Source: Eledone cirrhosa
Lineage: Eukaryota
Direction of reading: 5' to 3'
Length of the DNA stretch: 64,000 bases
NCBI GenBank assembly: GCA_964016885.1
Contig: OZ024751.1
Location: forward strand, 7,502,001 to 7,566,000
Below the pieces are notes generated by a model, which was given only the letters and a program-made list of their open reading frames with translations, was not told the origin of the DNA and did no database searches. The translations under genes were made by a program, and so were the position numbers. Positions 41,458-55,547 of this stretch are shown here, one piece after another; the first letter of the stretch is position 1; each line of letters opens with the position of its first letter.

Positions 41458-44071
41458 CATATATATATATATATATATACAAACATATATATATATATAC
41501 AACCCCCCCCACACCCACACACACACGCACACACACACATATATATATATATATATGTATGTATATATATATATAACTATATATTGAGGTTCATAAATAT
41601 TTTATGAGGTATTTCATATCACGCTGTAGTTCCTACCGATCAACTGTTTCATATTATTTCAATTGTCTTTAGAATTTAAGTATTTATGGAATAATGCAGA
41701 AATCTCATTAACATTTCACATTGGATCTATATAGATGACATCTTCCATTATAATGACCGATATCGTAACATCTCAACATATTCATTTCACTTTTCTCTTA
41801 TATATATATATATTTAATATAATGGTTTCCTTGTGAATATGTCAACAAAACACCTGCTTCACTCTATCTACTTACTAATTCTGGCTGCTCAGCTATATTC
41901 TGTTTTACATTCTTCTATAACAAATATTTGATGATTTTAATTCCAAATAAAAGTCAATTGCTACAATTTCTCCGCGATTTTAGATATACTTTATTCAGTA
42001 TTCGAGCAGAAATGTACATTTATTGTAAGCTTCAAAATCTTAATTACTCATTCATTATGTATTATATTTAGTGCATTTACCGTCTGAACTGCAGCTTCCA
42101 TGGTTATGCATCTCTAACCAAGCATCCAATGAGTTGTTGTTTTCAGAAACATATCCAGGTGTCGTGTGTTGTCCTTGATTTCTTGTCCAGGAAACATCTA
42201 AAAATGATGGCATCTGTTGTCTTTAATTGACGTAGCAATAAATTATGAGGTAATGTGGTGTGATAAATAAATAGATACATATACACGAGGTCCGAACACA
42301 ATGGAAACAATCTCCCACTTTCACTGCCTCTGTCTCTCCCGCTCTCAATATTAAGAGCAAATGGGTGCCCATACGCTGGTCGCCCCGTGGCCCCGGCAGA
42401 CAAATAGAGAAGGCATTTTCCCAGAGGATTCATGATTAAAAGTTTTACGACGTACTCCCTTTTCGCTAATCGATAGAACCATCATCAAAATAATATTTTC
42501 TTTCAATCCTCTCAGTTTTTCTTTTATCGTCGATGCTTAGAATATTCCTCGATTTGTGGAAGTGGTCTCACACGTGCTTTTTCTCCAAAATAACCATATA
42601 AATGTTCTTTCTTTACTCAAATTCCTCCGCCTTTCTAGATCTTAAATTATGTCTCATTTGATATACTGATGAAGGATCAACGTTCGAAACGATAATACTA
42701 TGTTCCTATTCTAGCAAACGTTAAATTAATATATATCTTCATTGTACTACATCGTTTTATTGCGTTTTTTACCTTTTACTGTTCGCATATATATACTTAA
42801 GTAAAGAAAGAAGGACAAGACAACGAAAGGAAACAAAACGAAAATCATATTCTTAAGGGGAAACCTTAAAAAATATTTTTAAAAATATAAATATACGAAC
42901 GTAGGTGGTCATATACGAACTCCATGGTCATCGTACGTTGATATAAACTTGGGCAGTTCCGATCTCTAGCAACGGTACTGCTGGTCCATCCGTGGTCAGA
43001 TCTTGTGACATGGACCTAACGCTGTTCAAACGAGTAAGAGTCGAAAGACAAACCGTAACTTATAGCTGTTAAGCTACAAAACATAGTCAATTTTGTGTGT
43101 CGTTGTGAATATCTGGTGCCATACACACACAGACACATATACACACACACATATATACATATAGATATGCATATACAGATACATATACGGAGAGAGAGAG
43201 AGAGCGGGGTGTCTGTATCTATTGTGTAAGTGTAAATATTAATGGTAAGTTTCCATGTGTATGTATGTGTACACTGGTGATCAAGTGTGTAATTCCTTGT
43301 AAAGACTGGAACCGTAGACGGATAATACTATCACGTCTATAAATGTAAATGCTTTTTAAAGAAACAACATATAGTTAGACTATAGTTAAAGTCTAGGAGC
43401 GGGGTGTGGAGGATGAAACATGAGACAATTTGCTAAAATATTTCGTAAGCGTTCTGAACATAAACTAGTGGAGGAAAGAGATAATGCTTGCAAGGTAGTA
43501 GAGGAAATTGAAAGAAAGCTAGCAAAATCAATTAAATATTGTTACAAATGCAGTTCATTGATTCTCTCGAGTAGCAAAGTAGAAATATGTTTTTTCGCGT
43601 TTAATATTTTGGATATGGGGATATATAAACGTAAAAGGAATAAAACAACTAAAATGACTTTGAAAGAAAGAAATTGTTCCTATGCATTGTAGGCTTTCTC
43701 TGAAACACCTGCTGAACTAAGACAGAGATGGAGAAAATCAATAACATACAAAAAAGTAAACTAAACCGAATATATTCAAAACCTTTTTAGTAGATAAAAG
43801 CAAATTTATTCTTCTAGAGTAAGAATGGAATTATCATCGAGTTTACAGAATTACGAGAATTCCATATCAAATAGCAAATGTGTAACTGATTACTGCTTAC
43901 ATTTGAAATAAAATACACATACATGCATATGTACAAATCACTGATATATATATATATATATATACATATATAATTTTTATATATATATATACATATATAT
44001 ACATATATATATATATACATATATGTATATGTATATATGTGTGTATATACATATATATGTATATATATATA

Positions 44072-44122
<51 letters not shown>

Positions 44123-44179
44123 ATATATATATAATTGCAAACAAATAATGTATATATATATGTTTATATACATATGTAT

Positions 44180-44215
<36 letters not shown>

Positions 44216-44221
44216 ACATAT

Positions 44222-44315
<94 letters not shown>

Positions 44316-44318
<3 letters not shown>

Positions 44319-44465
44319 TCGACGGCTAATTCCAGAATTAGCCGTCGAAACGGCTTGAGCTCAACCGTCGGGGTCTTACTTGTTCCTATTACCCACTCTA
44401 CTACCCTAAGTATTGAGTACTTTGGTGCGTTATGGTCCACCTGGTTCCTTACCACATTTCCTTCG

Positions 44466-44468
<3 letters not shown>
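44316..44468 (+). mobile_element. Family B element starting with a 16-bp perfect hairpin
   Basis: gtttcgacggctaatt-ccag-aattagccgtcgaaac followed by the family B tail. Confidence 0.8.
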
Positions 44469-44547
<79 letters not shown>

Positions 44548-44589
44548 GTATTTACCCACACACAGATACATATATATAGATATATATAT

Positions 44590-45350
44590 AAAATATGTAG
44601 TTTAGAAAGCCACAACAATGCAGATGGGAAATCTCGAGGTAGGAAGTGAGTGAGAAATAGGAGAAAGTGAAAATTGAGAGAAACGAAAATGAAAACAAAA
44701 CAAAGGTAGAAGGGTTACCATAGTGGAGATTTAATCCCAATATTCCGGGCTTACGCCCATCAACGGGGGAAAGTTCCAGAAGGGGGTGAACAGGCTAAGC
44801 CGGAGAAAGTTGTATTGTTGTTAAAACATAGGAATGCCGTTATGGGGAAAAATTCAAACGTGGGAAAGAATGCGCGTGCGCGTGATAGGCTGTGGCAAAA
44901 GCTACTGACCAATTGGGTTAAATCAATAGGGTGCGCTAGCGTGTGAAAGCCGTAAAATATGGGTGTGTAAATATATATGTGTTGTGTAACTGTGTGTGTA
45001 TATGTGTATGTGTGTATCTATCTGAGTGTGTGTGTGTGAAAGATAGTGGGCCGTAGAAGCTGTATATCAAAGGGTGTGAAAGGTGGTAGGTAACATGTGT
45101 GCGTGTATAAATATAGATGTGTGTGTGTATGTCTATGGGTATACATATAAGTGCGTGTGTGTGAAAGATAGTAGGCCGTAGGGGCTGTTACTGGTCACTA
45201 TGGTTAAATTAGCCATGTCAGCTCATTTCTCACTCCTATTTCTCACTCACTTCCTACCTCGAGATTTCCCATCTGCATTGTTGTGGCTTTCTAAACTACA
45301 TATTTTACACATTTCACAATGCTTCAAGCAAACTTTAAGACCCTCTTAAC
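44590..45350 (-). mobile_element. PLE 3' UTR/pLTR remnant with inverted end
   Basis: 44590-44663 is the reverse complement of 45233-45306. The tail cacaatgcttcaagcaa is shared (reverse-complemented) with 58121-58160. Decayed HHR-like motif at 44736-44769. Confidence 0.65.
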
Positions 45351-45417
<67 letters not shown>

Positions 45418-45519
45418 TATATATATATATATAATATATATAAGGAAAATATGGCTCCATGGAAAATATGGCTACATGGCTCAATACGATAAATATGATC
45501 TGAGTTTTTCGAATATTAA

Positions 45520-45708
45520 TAATTGTTCCTACTTTTGGCACGAGGCCAGCAAATACCCGTTATATTACTGGTACTTTATTTTATCGACCCCGTAAGGATG
45601 AAAGGCAAAGTTGACATCGGTGGGATTTGAACTCAGAATAGAAAGGGCCGTAATTCTATGCGTCAAAGCATGACGTCCGACCCTCTACCGATACTGACAA
45701 TCCACCGC
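45520..45708 (-). mobile_element. tRNA-derived SINE
   Basis: Reverse-complement relative of 45884-46072. Confidence 0.88.
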
Positions 45709-45710
45709 AA

Positions 45711-45868
45711 TAATATAATTCGATTCGTTTGCAATTATGCAAACAAGCCTGAATGTTATAGCCATGTCAGTAGAATGAACACTGAGCAATAATGAAGTGT
45801 TCATTCTACTGACATGGCTATACAATTGAGGCTCGTTTGCATAATTGCAAACGAATAGAATGTTATTA
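45711..45868. repeat. ~155-bp palindrome (MITE-like core) between two SINEs
   Basis: attcgtttgcaattatgcaaac...tatagccatgtcagtagaatgaacact / agtgttcattctactgacatggctata...gtttgcataattgcaaacgaat. Confidence 0.85.
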
Positions 45869-45883
45869 TTAATTTTTGAAAAG

Positions 45884-46072
45884 GGCGGTGGATTGGCAGT
45901 ATCGGTAGAGAGTCGGACGTCATGCTTTCCAGCATAGTTACGTCACTTTACGGTCTGAGTTCAAATGCCGTCGAGGTTAACTTTGCCTTTCATCCTTACG
46001 GGGTCGATAAAATAAAGTACCAGTAATGTACTGTGTTATTGCTGGCCTTGTGCCAAATGTAGAAACAATTAT
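45884..46072 (+). mobile_element. Full-length tRNA-derived SINE (Nin/Deu-like central domain)
   Basis: A-box-like TGGCAGTATCGG, B-box GAGTTCAAATGCC, core ctttcatccttacggggtcgataaaataaagtaccagt. TSD attattaatttttgaaaa / attattcatttttgaaaa. Confidence 0.9.
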
Positions 46073-46723
46073 TCATTTTTGAAAAACTCAAATTACATTT
46101 ATATATATATACACATATATACATATGTATGCATACATACATATATGTATATATATATATATGTGTGTGTGGCGGGTGGGGGGGGGTTTAATGTGTCTGT
46201 GTGTGTGTGTATGTGTGTGTGTGTATGTATGCACACACACTGAGTGGAACAAAAGGAACTAAAATGTGGGAAGGGAATGTAATTCATAAGAGATAAAAAG
46301 TGGTAGGTTGATAGATAAGTTTTGAATGATAGATACATTGATATGAACGACAGATATTCAAACTAGACATATAGAGGGAGTGAGAAAGGGTGGAAGGTGG
46401 AAGAAAGGCCGAGGTGGAGAGACAAAATAAACTTGGCATCGACTATTCATCTGTTTCGAAATTTGAGTTAGCCTGATGATTCAATGAACATATTCCCTTC
46501 TTCAAATATTTAAATTTGTTGTCTTCACTTCCATCCCTTATTTTCAATTATCTATATTTTACATCTTATAAAGGAAACAATACTTCTTCGATTCGTAATC
46601 ATTTTTTTATTGAAAGCTGGCTTATATATTATGTACATATAACAGCGTAACATTATAGTTTTAGTGTTATATTATGGATGTTTCTAGAAATGCGTTTAAT
46701 ATTTTTTTAACAAAGGAACATTT

Positions 46724-47238
46724 TATTTTGTTATGTTACACAGACATAATACGTCAACTATATTTTGTTATGTTACACAGACATAATACGTCAACTATAT
46801 TTTGTTATGTTACACAGACATAATACGTCAACTATATTTTGTTATGTTACACAGACATAATACGTCAACTATATTTTGTTATGTTACGCAGACATAATAC
46901 GTCAACTATATTTTGTTATGTTACACAGACATAATACGTCAACTATATTTTGTTATGTTACACAGACATAATACGTCAACTATATTTTGTTATGTTACAC
47001 AGACATAATACGTCAACTATATTTTGTTATGTTACACAGACATAATACGTCAACTATATTTTGTTATGTTACACAGACATAATATGTCAACTATATTTTG
47101 TTATGTTACACAGACATAATACGTCAACTATATTTTGTTGTGTTACACAGACATAATACGTCAACTATATTTTGTTACACAGACATAATACGTCAACTAT
47201 ATTTTATGTTACGCAGACATATGTCAACTATATTTTGC
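46724..47238. repeat. 37-bp minisatellite, ~14 copies
   Basis: Unit ttttgttatgttacacagacataatacgtcaactata, head-to-tail, with the last copies shortened. Confidence 0.95.
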
Positions 47239-47310
47239 GAAAAAATGTTATACAATGATGGGAATATGAAAAAAAGATATAAGCAGATCTCTCACAAATA
47301 TTCTCTCTCA

Positions 47311-47370
<60 letters not shown>

Positions 47371-47394
47371 CTCTCTCTTTCCGAATCCCTTTAT

Positions 47395-49090
47395 ACAGTC
47401 TCTCTCTCACAGTCTCTCTCACATTCTCTCTCACAGTCTCTCTCTCGCAGTCTCTCTCACAGTCTCTCTCACAATCTCTCTCACACAGTCCCTCTCTCAC
47501 AGTCTCACTCAAAGTCTCTCTTTCACTGTCTCTCACAGTCTCTCTGACAGTCTCTCTCTCACAGTCGCTCAGTCACAGCCTCTCTCTCACAGTCTCCCTC
47601 TCACAGTCTCTCTCTCACAATCTTTCACAGTCTCTCTCACATTCTTTTTCTCACAGTCACTCTCACAGTCACTCTCTCACAGTTCCTCCCTCACAGTCCC
47701 TCTCTCACAGTCTTTCTCACAGTCTTTCTCACAATCCCTCTCTCACAGTCTTTCTCACAGTCTCTCTAACAGTCTCTCACTCACAGTCTCTCTCTCTCTC
47801 TCACACAGTCTCTCTCACACAGTCTCTCTCTTACCGTCTCTCTCACACAGTCTCTCTCTTACCGTCTCTCTCGCACAGTCTCTCTCTCACAGGCTCTCTC
47901 TCACAGTCTCTCTCACACAGTCTCTCTCTTACCGTCTCTCTCGCACAGTCTCTCTCTCACAGTCTCTCTCTCACAGTCTCTCTCACACAGTCCCTCTCTC
48001 ACAGTCTCTCTCACAGCCTCCTTCTCACAGTCTCACTCACACAGACTCTCTCTCACTGTCTCTCTCACTGTCTCTCTCTCACTGTCTCTCTCACACAGTC
48101 TCTCTTTTATAGTCTCTCTCACTGTCCCTCACTCACAGTCTCTCACTCAGTCCCTCTCTCTCACAGTCTCTCTCTCTCTCACACAGTATCTCTCTCACAG
48201 TCACTCTCTCACAGTTCCTCCCTCACAGTCCCTCTCTCACAGTCTCTCTCTCACAATATCTCACAGATTCTCTCACAGCCTCTCTCTCACAGTCTCTCTC
48301 TCACAGTCCCTCTCTCACAGTCTTTCTCACAGACTCTCTCTCACAGTCTCTCTCACAGTCTCTCTCACAGTCTCTCTCACAGTATCTCTCACAGTCTCTC
48401 TCGCACAGTCTCTCTCTCACAGTCTCTCTCGCACAGTCTCTCTCACAGTCTCTCTCGCACAGTCTCTCTCACAGTCTCTCTCTCACAGTCTCTCTCTCAC
48501 AGTCTCTCTCTCACAGTCTCTCTCGCACAGTCTCTCTCTCTCACTGTCTCTCTCACACAGTCTCTCCCACAGTCTCTCTCTCACAGTCTTTCTCTCTCTC
48601 ACAGTCTCTCTCGCACAGTCTCTCTCTCACAGTCTCTCTCGCACAGTCTCTCTCACAGTCTCTCTCTCACAGTCTCTCTCTCTCACAGTCTCTCTCTCAC
48701 AGTCTCTCTCGCACAATCTCTCTCTCACAGTCTCTCTCTCACAGTCTCTCTCACATTCTCTCTCACAGTCTCTCTCGCACAGTCTCTCTTTCACAGTATT
48801 TCTCTCTCTCTCACACAGTCTCTCTCACAGTCTCTCTCTCACACTCTCTCTCTCACAGTCTCTCTCGCACAGTCTCTCTCACAGTCTCTCTCTCACATTC
48901 TCTCTCGCACAGTCTCTCTCTCACAGTCTTTCTCACAGTCTCTCTCACAGTCTCTCTCGCACAGTCTCTCTTTCACAGTCTCTCTCTCACAGTCTCTCTC
49001 ACACAGTCTCTCTCGCACAGTCTCTCTCTCACAGTCTTTCTCACAGTCTCTCTCTCACAGTATCTCTCACACAGTTTCTTTCTATCACAG
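47395..49090. repeat. (TC)nACAG variable-unit minisatellite, ~1.7 kb
   Basis: Units of 12-16 nt, acagtctctctc(tc). Confidence 0.95.
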
Positions 49091-49333
49091 TTACTCTACG
49101 GTCACATAGTTACATCCAACATCACATACGTTGTGTACTAGGATATAGGATATACATTTCACAGAGAACCGTAATGTGTCAATCTCTGCCTATTACAGTT
49201 CATATAAAACAGGCTGTATTTCAGTAAATTTGAATTCAGTTAGAAGCTTAAGATAGGAGGAGCTATTTATTAGTTATCATTCCGTTCGTTCTTTCTATCA
49301 GTGAACCATGAATTCTAAAACTAACTATTAATA

Positions 49334-49345
49334 TTACTGCTGCTG

Positions 49346-49407
<62 letters not shown>

Positions 49408-49593
49408 GCTGCTACTACTAATTTTGATACTGCTGCTACAACTACTAGTACTGCTGCTGCTACTTGTACTACTACTACTAGCAGTTGTGCTGCTATTACT
49501 GCTGCTGCTATTGCTACTACTACTACTGCTGCTACTACTGCTGCTACTACTATTACTGTTGCTACTGTTACTGGTGCTGTTGCTTGGTGGTGG

Positions 49594-49657
<64 letters not shown>

Positions 49658-49829
49658 GCTGCTACTACTACTACTACTACTGCTGCTACTACTGCTACGA
49701 TTGCTGCTGCTAGTACTATTACTACTACTACTGCTGCTCCTGCTACTACTGCTGCCACTATTACTACTACTACTTCTGCTGATGCTACTACTACTGCTAC
49801 TGTTAATACTACTACTGCTGCTGATGCTG

Positions 49830-49860
<31 letters not shown>

Positions 49861-49883
49861 ACCTACTACTACTACTACTACTC

Positions 49884-49947
<64 letters not shown>
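49334..49947. repeat. (TAC/TGC)n trinucleotide tract
   Basis: Seen directly. It produces the poly-T/L/S/V ORFs. Confidence 0.95.
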
Positions 49948-50180
49948 ATTAAAAAAAATATAATTTTGAAATGTTGAACATGCGAGCGCACAATTGTATT
50001 TGTGGTCGCCGGAATGAAAGAAAACTAAGTCAGAGATAGAATGACATTTGAGACATGAAATAATTATTGAAACTCAATCAGACTAGTTCACAATGATCAG
50101 TTAGAACATGAACATTCCCATCAATCCGATGAAATATAAACGTTGTGGGAAGGTTTGGTAGGAAATAGAGAATATTCTGG

Positions 50181-50985
50181 ATATATTATATCTGAAAATG
50201 CTGTTTTCTCCGGAGACACGCTAACACATTTTATTTTCATCTTGAACATCTAGCACGAATCGTTGTAACATTATTTCAGTTATGTTAATAACGTAAATCA
50301 TGTTTAATTTCAAAATCCTTCTGATAGCATATTAATTATAAACCTTATTCCAGGAAGAGGTGTCTTTAAAATATATTACATTAAAACTAAAAATTCTGCT
50401 AATAAGTGAAGTGATGGTGTTTACTTGAATCTTTAATATAATTAAGATCTCATATATCACAAATCATAATGGAAGCCAATGATATTAAAGATGAAATGAT
50501 ATTAAAGATGGAATAGAATCTTTTTGGGTACATTATTTTTTTCGGATTTTTCCACTGATGTACATAGTGCCTGTAATTATCTATATTATGGTAATGCAGA
50601 TATGTGTATTTCTCTTTAAATTCCTAATCAGAATATTAATGAATCACACGTGCTTTTGCACAAAATATGTTTCCTTTATTTCCTTTTCTCACTCTCTATT
50701 TTTTAGGTAATCTTTGTTTACGCATTCTCTCTTCTGATGAAGGAACAGTGTCCGAACCCTACTTTTTGTTTCTATGAATACATTAATTATATAAATAATT
50801 AATTAATTAACCAGTTTTATAAAATTACAAGTCGAAGAGCAAATAAGATAAAAAAAAGTTACCTAATTTTATTTCAAATAAGTTATTAACATAACTGAAA
50901 TAATGTTACAACGATTCGTGCTAGATGTTCAAGCTGTGTTAGTGTGTCTCCAGAGATAACACACCGTTTTCAGATATAATATATA
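50181..50985. mobile_element. Element with ~110-bp inverted ends (MITE or inverted pLTR)
   Basis: 50181-50292 is the reverse complement of 50882-50985, with a small indel. Confidence 0.65.
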
Positions 50986-51154
50986 TATATATATAATAAA
51001 ATCAACAGAAGGCCGCATCTTTGAAATTTTTATTCTGCGAAAATATTATACATAATTCAATGGCGCAGTTGCTCTGATCCAAGGTCCATTGACCTATTTT
51101 ATTGAGAAGCACAATCATCATACATATATATGTATTGATACCTTAGCATAACAG

Positions 51155-51256
<102 letters not shown>

Positions 51257-51998
51257 GTTCTGCTATATTATGTGTTAATATTATATATTAAGTGTGCTGC
51301 AGTGCATGTGTCTATCTATATGTACGCTAATGTTACAATAGCTATACCTATTCCCCTCATGTTTTTGTTATTTCATTGAAGTACACTTTAATGAAATTAA
51401 TTTCCTGCGTGTTTAAAAGAAATAGCGAAAATCGTTATAATGACCCAGCGTTCATTATTTCTCATGTTAATAGTTAATAATGAACTATTGTCTTTTTTAT
51501 CCTTTCTCTCCGAGGTTCCATACAAAATCCATTATGAGAGTATTAATTTAAATAACATATTGTTTTGTTATATATGTTTTGCAATTATTATTTAATTTTG
51601 AGTCTTAGTCAAATATTTACTTGTTTCTAAAACACGATGATGAATAGAAAGAAACATTCTTTTAACAATAATTTGTACCGCCTCTGGCAAAGATGAAAAA
51701 ACTATTGTTGCTATTGATCATAGCGTTGTAGTATACACGTATGAATAGTATTTCTCCTCATAAGTTTGTTTACTCTATATAAAACAGAAATAGAAGTTTC
51801 GTTATATATGAATATTACAAATAATGAAAAAAAAAGAGAACGAAAAAAAAACAAAACACACACCACATTAACGTACCAAAGACGAAAAATGAGATTTCAA
51901 GATTTCTATTAAATTTAATACAATGAAATATGTTCTACACATATACTTGTGTGTATATTTGGTATGCCATTCATTGTGCTATCTTTATGATATATAAA

Positions 51999-52074
<76 letters not shown>

Positions 52075-52087
52075 TATATATATATAC

Positions 52088-52145
<58 letters not shown>

Positions 52146-52149
52146 TAGT

Positions 52150-54450
52150 AAAAAGGAAAAGAATATGCTGACAAATGTTTCCCACTAAAAAATAGTTTAA
52201 TTCGGAATAAGTATAAATTAATAATAAGTATTAGTTAGTAATAAGTATTAGTTAGTATTTAGTTTTAGTTTTAAATTTTTACCGGTTACGCATTTCTTAT
52301 GCTTTTCAAAAATTATTTTGAGATAGAGTGCTCGTGGTTTTTGCTTTAATCTGATCAGTTTTGGAAATTCTTCATGTTTTATGTGAAAAAAGTGGCTTGG
52401 AAGGTATTAAGATTTGGTTGGCGCCAATTCGTGTTGCAAAAATATGTGTGTGTGGATGGACTATTATGTTTGTGGTACCTGTAAATATGGCGTAGATTAT
52501 TCGATATTTTCAGTCATTTGCAAAAATGATTCTCTCAAAAGAACATCAATAACATCACTAACAAAAGAGGTGAAATGATGTATAGTATTGGCGGGGGCTG
52601 TTTTTAGTCTGGGCTATGTATTGTTATCGACAACCTGACCAAGTTAATACATATATTAGGTTTTCTGATGAGCATGTGAAAATGTGTTTTACTATAAAAC
52701 ATTGTCCTCGTTTGAAATAGAATTCTGAACCCTCTATTAGGTTGATACATTTCCACAGTTGGGTATATCGCATTTTTTTACTGTGGGTTTCGTTATTGTG
52801 GTTGGCAGTGCTTTGGCATGTGTGCGGATGTTTTTCATTGACTTAGATTGTCTTTTGCTCTTTATGATATCGTGTGTTCGAAGGATTTGGTTCATTCTAT
52901 GGTCCTTTTTTAATACAGGGATGTTCTGGAGGACGGTGTCAAAGGCCTCATTGTTGTGTGTGGATATGTATGGAAGATCTTTTAGTTTCGGTTTATTAAT
53001 TTTAGGGTATCTAAGGTCCTGGGTACTGAGTTTTAGGGTACGTTGGATTCCATTGTCAATTAGTGATGCAGATTAGTCCCTGCTGATGAGTGTGTCCTTT
53101 AGTTCTTGTAGACGTAAGTAACAGGTGTTTTTGTTGGAAACTATAGTACACATTCTCTTGGCTAAGTTGTAGGGAATATTAATTTTAACGGGTGTAGGGT
53201 GGCATGAATTGAAAGGAAGATATTGCTTGGAGTCTGTGGGTTTGTAGTATATGTCTGTTTCTATTTTTTTGTTATGAATCTTAATGAGGATGTCGAAGAA
53301 GGGGAGTTGCTCATGGCTGTATTCCATTGTAAAATTAATATTTGTGTTGAGCCCATTTATAAGGGTGTGGAATTCTTTAAGTTTCTCGATGCTTTCGTGC
53401 CAAATGATGAATCAGTCATCTAGATATCTCTTCCAGTTCCTTTCTATGTGTAAGTGGAGAGTGTTTCCAAATGTATTTAGTACCTTAGTGTAGAGGGTGA
53501 TTTCCAGGTATCCCATAACTAGGTTGGCATAAGTGGGGCCGTTTTCGTTCCCATAGCGGTCCCATATTTCTGCCTGTAGAATGTGTTATTGAAAACGAAG
53601 TAATTATTCTCCAAGATAAATTTGAGTCCTTCTATCACGAATTCTTTTTTGATGGATTGTGGGAGTTCATTGGGGTAATTATCCCGTCAGAATTGGATAG
53701 CTTCTATTCCTAGGTTGTGGGGGATGTTGGAGTATAGGTTGACTAAATCGAACGTCACTAGCAGGCTTTGTTCAGTAGGGGGTATATTAGGGAGGTTGTT
53801 GAGCATATCTAGCTCGTTCCTTATGTAGCTTTTAATGTGTTTGATAAAAGGCTTGAGAACTGTACCATGAAATTGCTAATGCGGTGGGTGTTGCAAGCGG
53901 GGCCTGCTATTATAGGTCTTAATTTGAGATCATTGGCTGAGGGGATATTGATGACTATGCCTGTGGCTTCCGTGCAAGCCTTACTTGTTAATTCGCGTTT
54001 ATGTACTTTAGGGATACCGTTGAAAAGGGTGGTTTACTTGTGAAGTCTGTGATGAAGCTGAATTCCTTGTTAGTGAGTCCTTATTTGTATGGGTTGATCA
54101 GAGTTTTAAGTTTCTCATAATTTTCTGTTGATTGTAGTGTTCAGCCTTTTCGTAGTATGTTCCGTTTTCCAAAATGGAGAGCGCTAAGTTGATGTAGAAT
54201 GCTGTCTCCATTAGGACTACTGTACTCCCTTTATAAGCCTCTTTAATTGTAATAGTTCTGTCGGTTTTTTATCTATTTAATTCTTCCCATTCTTTCTTGT
54301 TGAGGTTTGGCTGGTGTTTTTCCCTGTGCAACTGTTGGTAAGGGAAGTTTGTCATGTGTTCACAGAATTCGTCCAGGATTTTATTGCTACCTTTTGATGG
54401 GGTGTAGTTGCTTATATTTCTGGCTAATGATTCATCCTCATCATACTGGT
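52150..54450 (-). mobile_element. Decayed Penelope-like element, relative of 30521-33748
   Basis: GIPKVHK, LRPIIAGP, FDLVNLYSNIP, AMGTK, RYLDD, YYKPTDSKQYL, FTCSSENLIYVL, QYIAQT. Many stops and frameshifts; GIY-YIG truncated. Confidence 0.9.
52274..52314 (-). ncRNA. U3-A8 hammerhead variant (decayed GAAA>GTAA)
   Basis: AATTT TTGAAAA GCAT-AAGAA-ATGC GTAA CCGG TA AAAATT. Stems covary with 30594-30631. Confidence 0.6.
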
Positions 54451-54519
54451 GATTGCACACACACAAACACACACATATATATATATATATGCGTGTTTGT
54501 GTGTCAGTTGGTATGTGTT

Positions 54520-54720
54520 GTGAAGGAACGTGGTTTAGTTGCTATTGTGTTGGGTGCTCAAAGGTGATATGTCTGTTCGAATCCCGGGATAGGCGATGCG
54601 GTGTATCCCAAGGAAAGACATTTTATTTCATGTTGTTCCTGTTGACTCAGCTGTAGAAATCAATGTTGACGTCACGTTTGCCAAGTTATATGGGCCTTCA
54701 TCTTACCCTTGGAGAACATA
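54520..54720 (+). mobile_element. Second tRNA-derived SINE family (decayed)
   Basis: tggtttagttg A-box-like, gttcgaatccc B-box, then gtgtatcccaaggaaagacattttatttcatgttg...actcagctg. Confidence 0.6.
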
Positions 54721-54886
54721 GAAGTTATGAGGAGTGGAGGCTGGCGTACTTCGAGGAATGTTAATCTTCCCCCAAAATATATATGCCCGGGATTGTGCCA
54801 GGGTGTCGAACATTCTAGGTTCATATCCCTTGGTCATATGTGAACGAGGACAGATTTTACCCATTACTATTTTCACACACACACAC

Positions 54887-55004
<118 letters not shown>

Positions 55005-55017
55005 ATATATATATATA

Positions 55018-55310
55018 TAATAGAAAACGAAAAATCAGTGGTGCATCTGAACTAATGATTTCGGAGCATATTCTCTCACTCCGAAATCATTAGACGTGTC
55101 CGTCGAACCTGCGGGTCCAGATTCAGACAGATCCACACAATGATAACGTCTCAAGCTGACTGCTGCCAAAACAATTGTAACACACAATAAATTGAGTTCA
55201 GATGCATCACTGATTTTTTGTTTTCTATTATATCATACTCTGCTCTGTAAGAGCATAGAGTGCTCAACCGGCATATCGCCTATGGAAGCATCTTAGCTAC
55301 GATCAGACAC
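55018..55310 (+). mobile_element. TA/CA-embedded fold-back element with tail
   Basis: 55020-55052 is the reverse complement of 55196-55228. Perfect hairpin ctaatgatttcggag/ctccgaaatcattag at 55052-55093. Tail contains agagtgct. Confidence 0.6.
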
Positions 55311-55312
55311 AC

Positions 55313-55452
<140 letters not shown>

Positions 55453-55457
55453 TATAC

Positions 55458-55507
<50 letters not shown>

Positions 55508-55511
55508 GTAG

Positions 55512-55541
<30 letters not shown>

Positions 55542-55547
<6 letters not shown>

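Noticed and set aside
42143-42433. 96-aa ORF or LINE C-terminus
   Set aside because: Only a vague GRP motif; too little to assign.
45884-45975. tRNA gene
   Set aside because: A/B boxes are present but there is no cloverleaf. It is the head of a multicopy SINE.
46724-47238. CRISPR array (37-bp repeats)
   Set aside because: Units are contiguous with no unique spacers, there are no cas genes, and the context is eukaryotic.
49321-49963. Mucin-like Thr/Ser-rich secreted protein
   Set aside because: A pure TAC/TGC trinucleotide tract open in several frames, with no non-repetitive coding flank or splice support.
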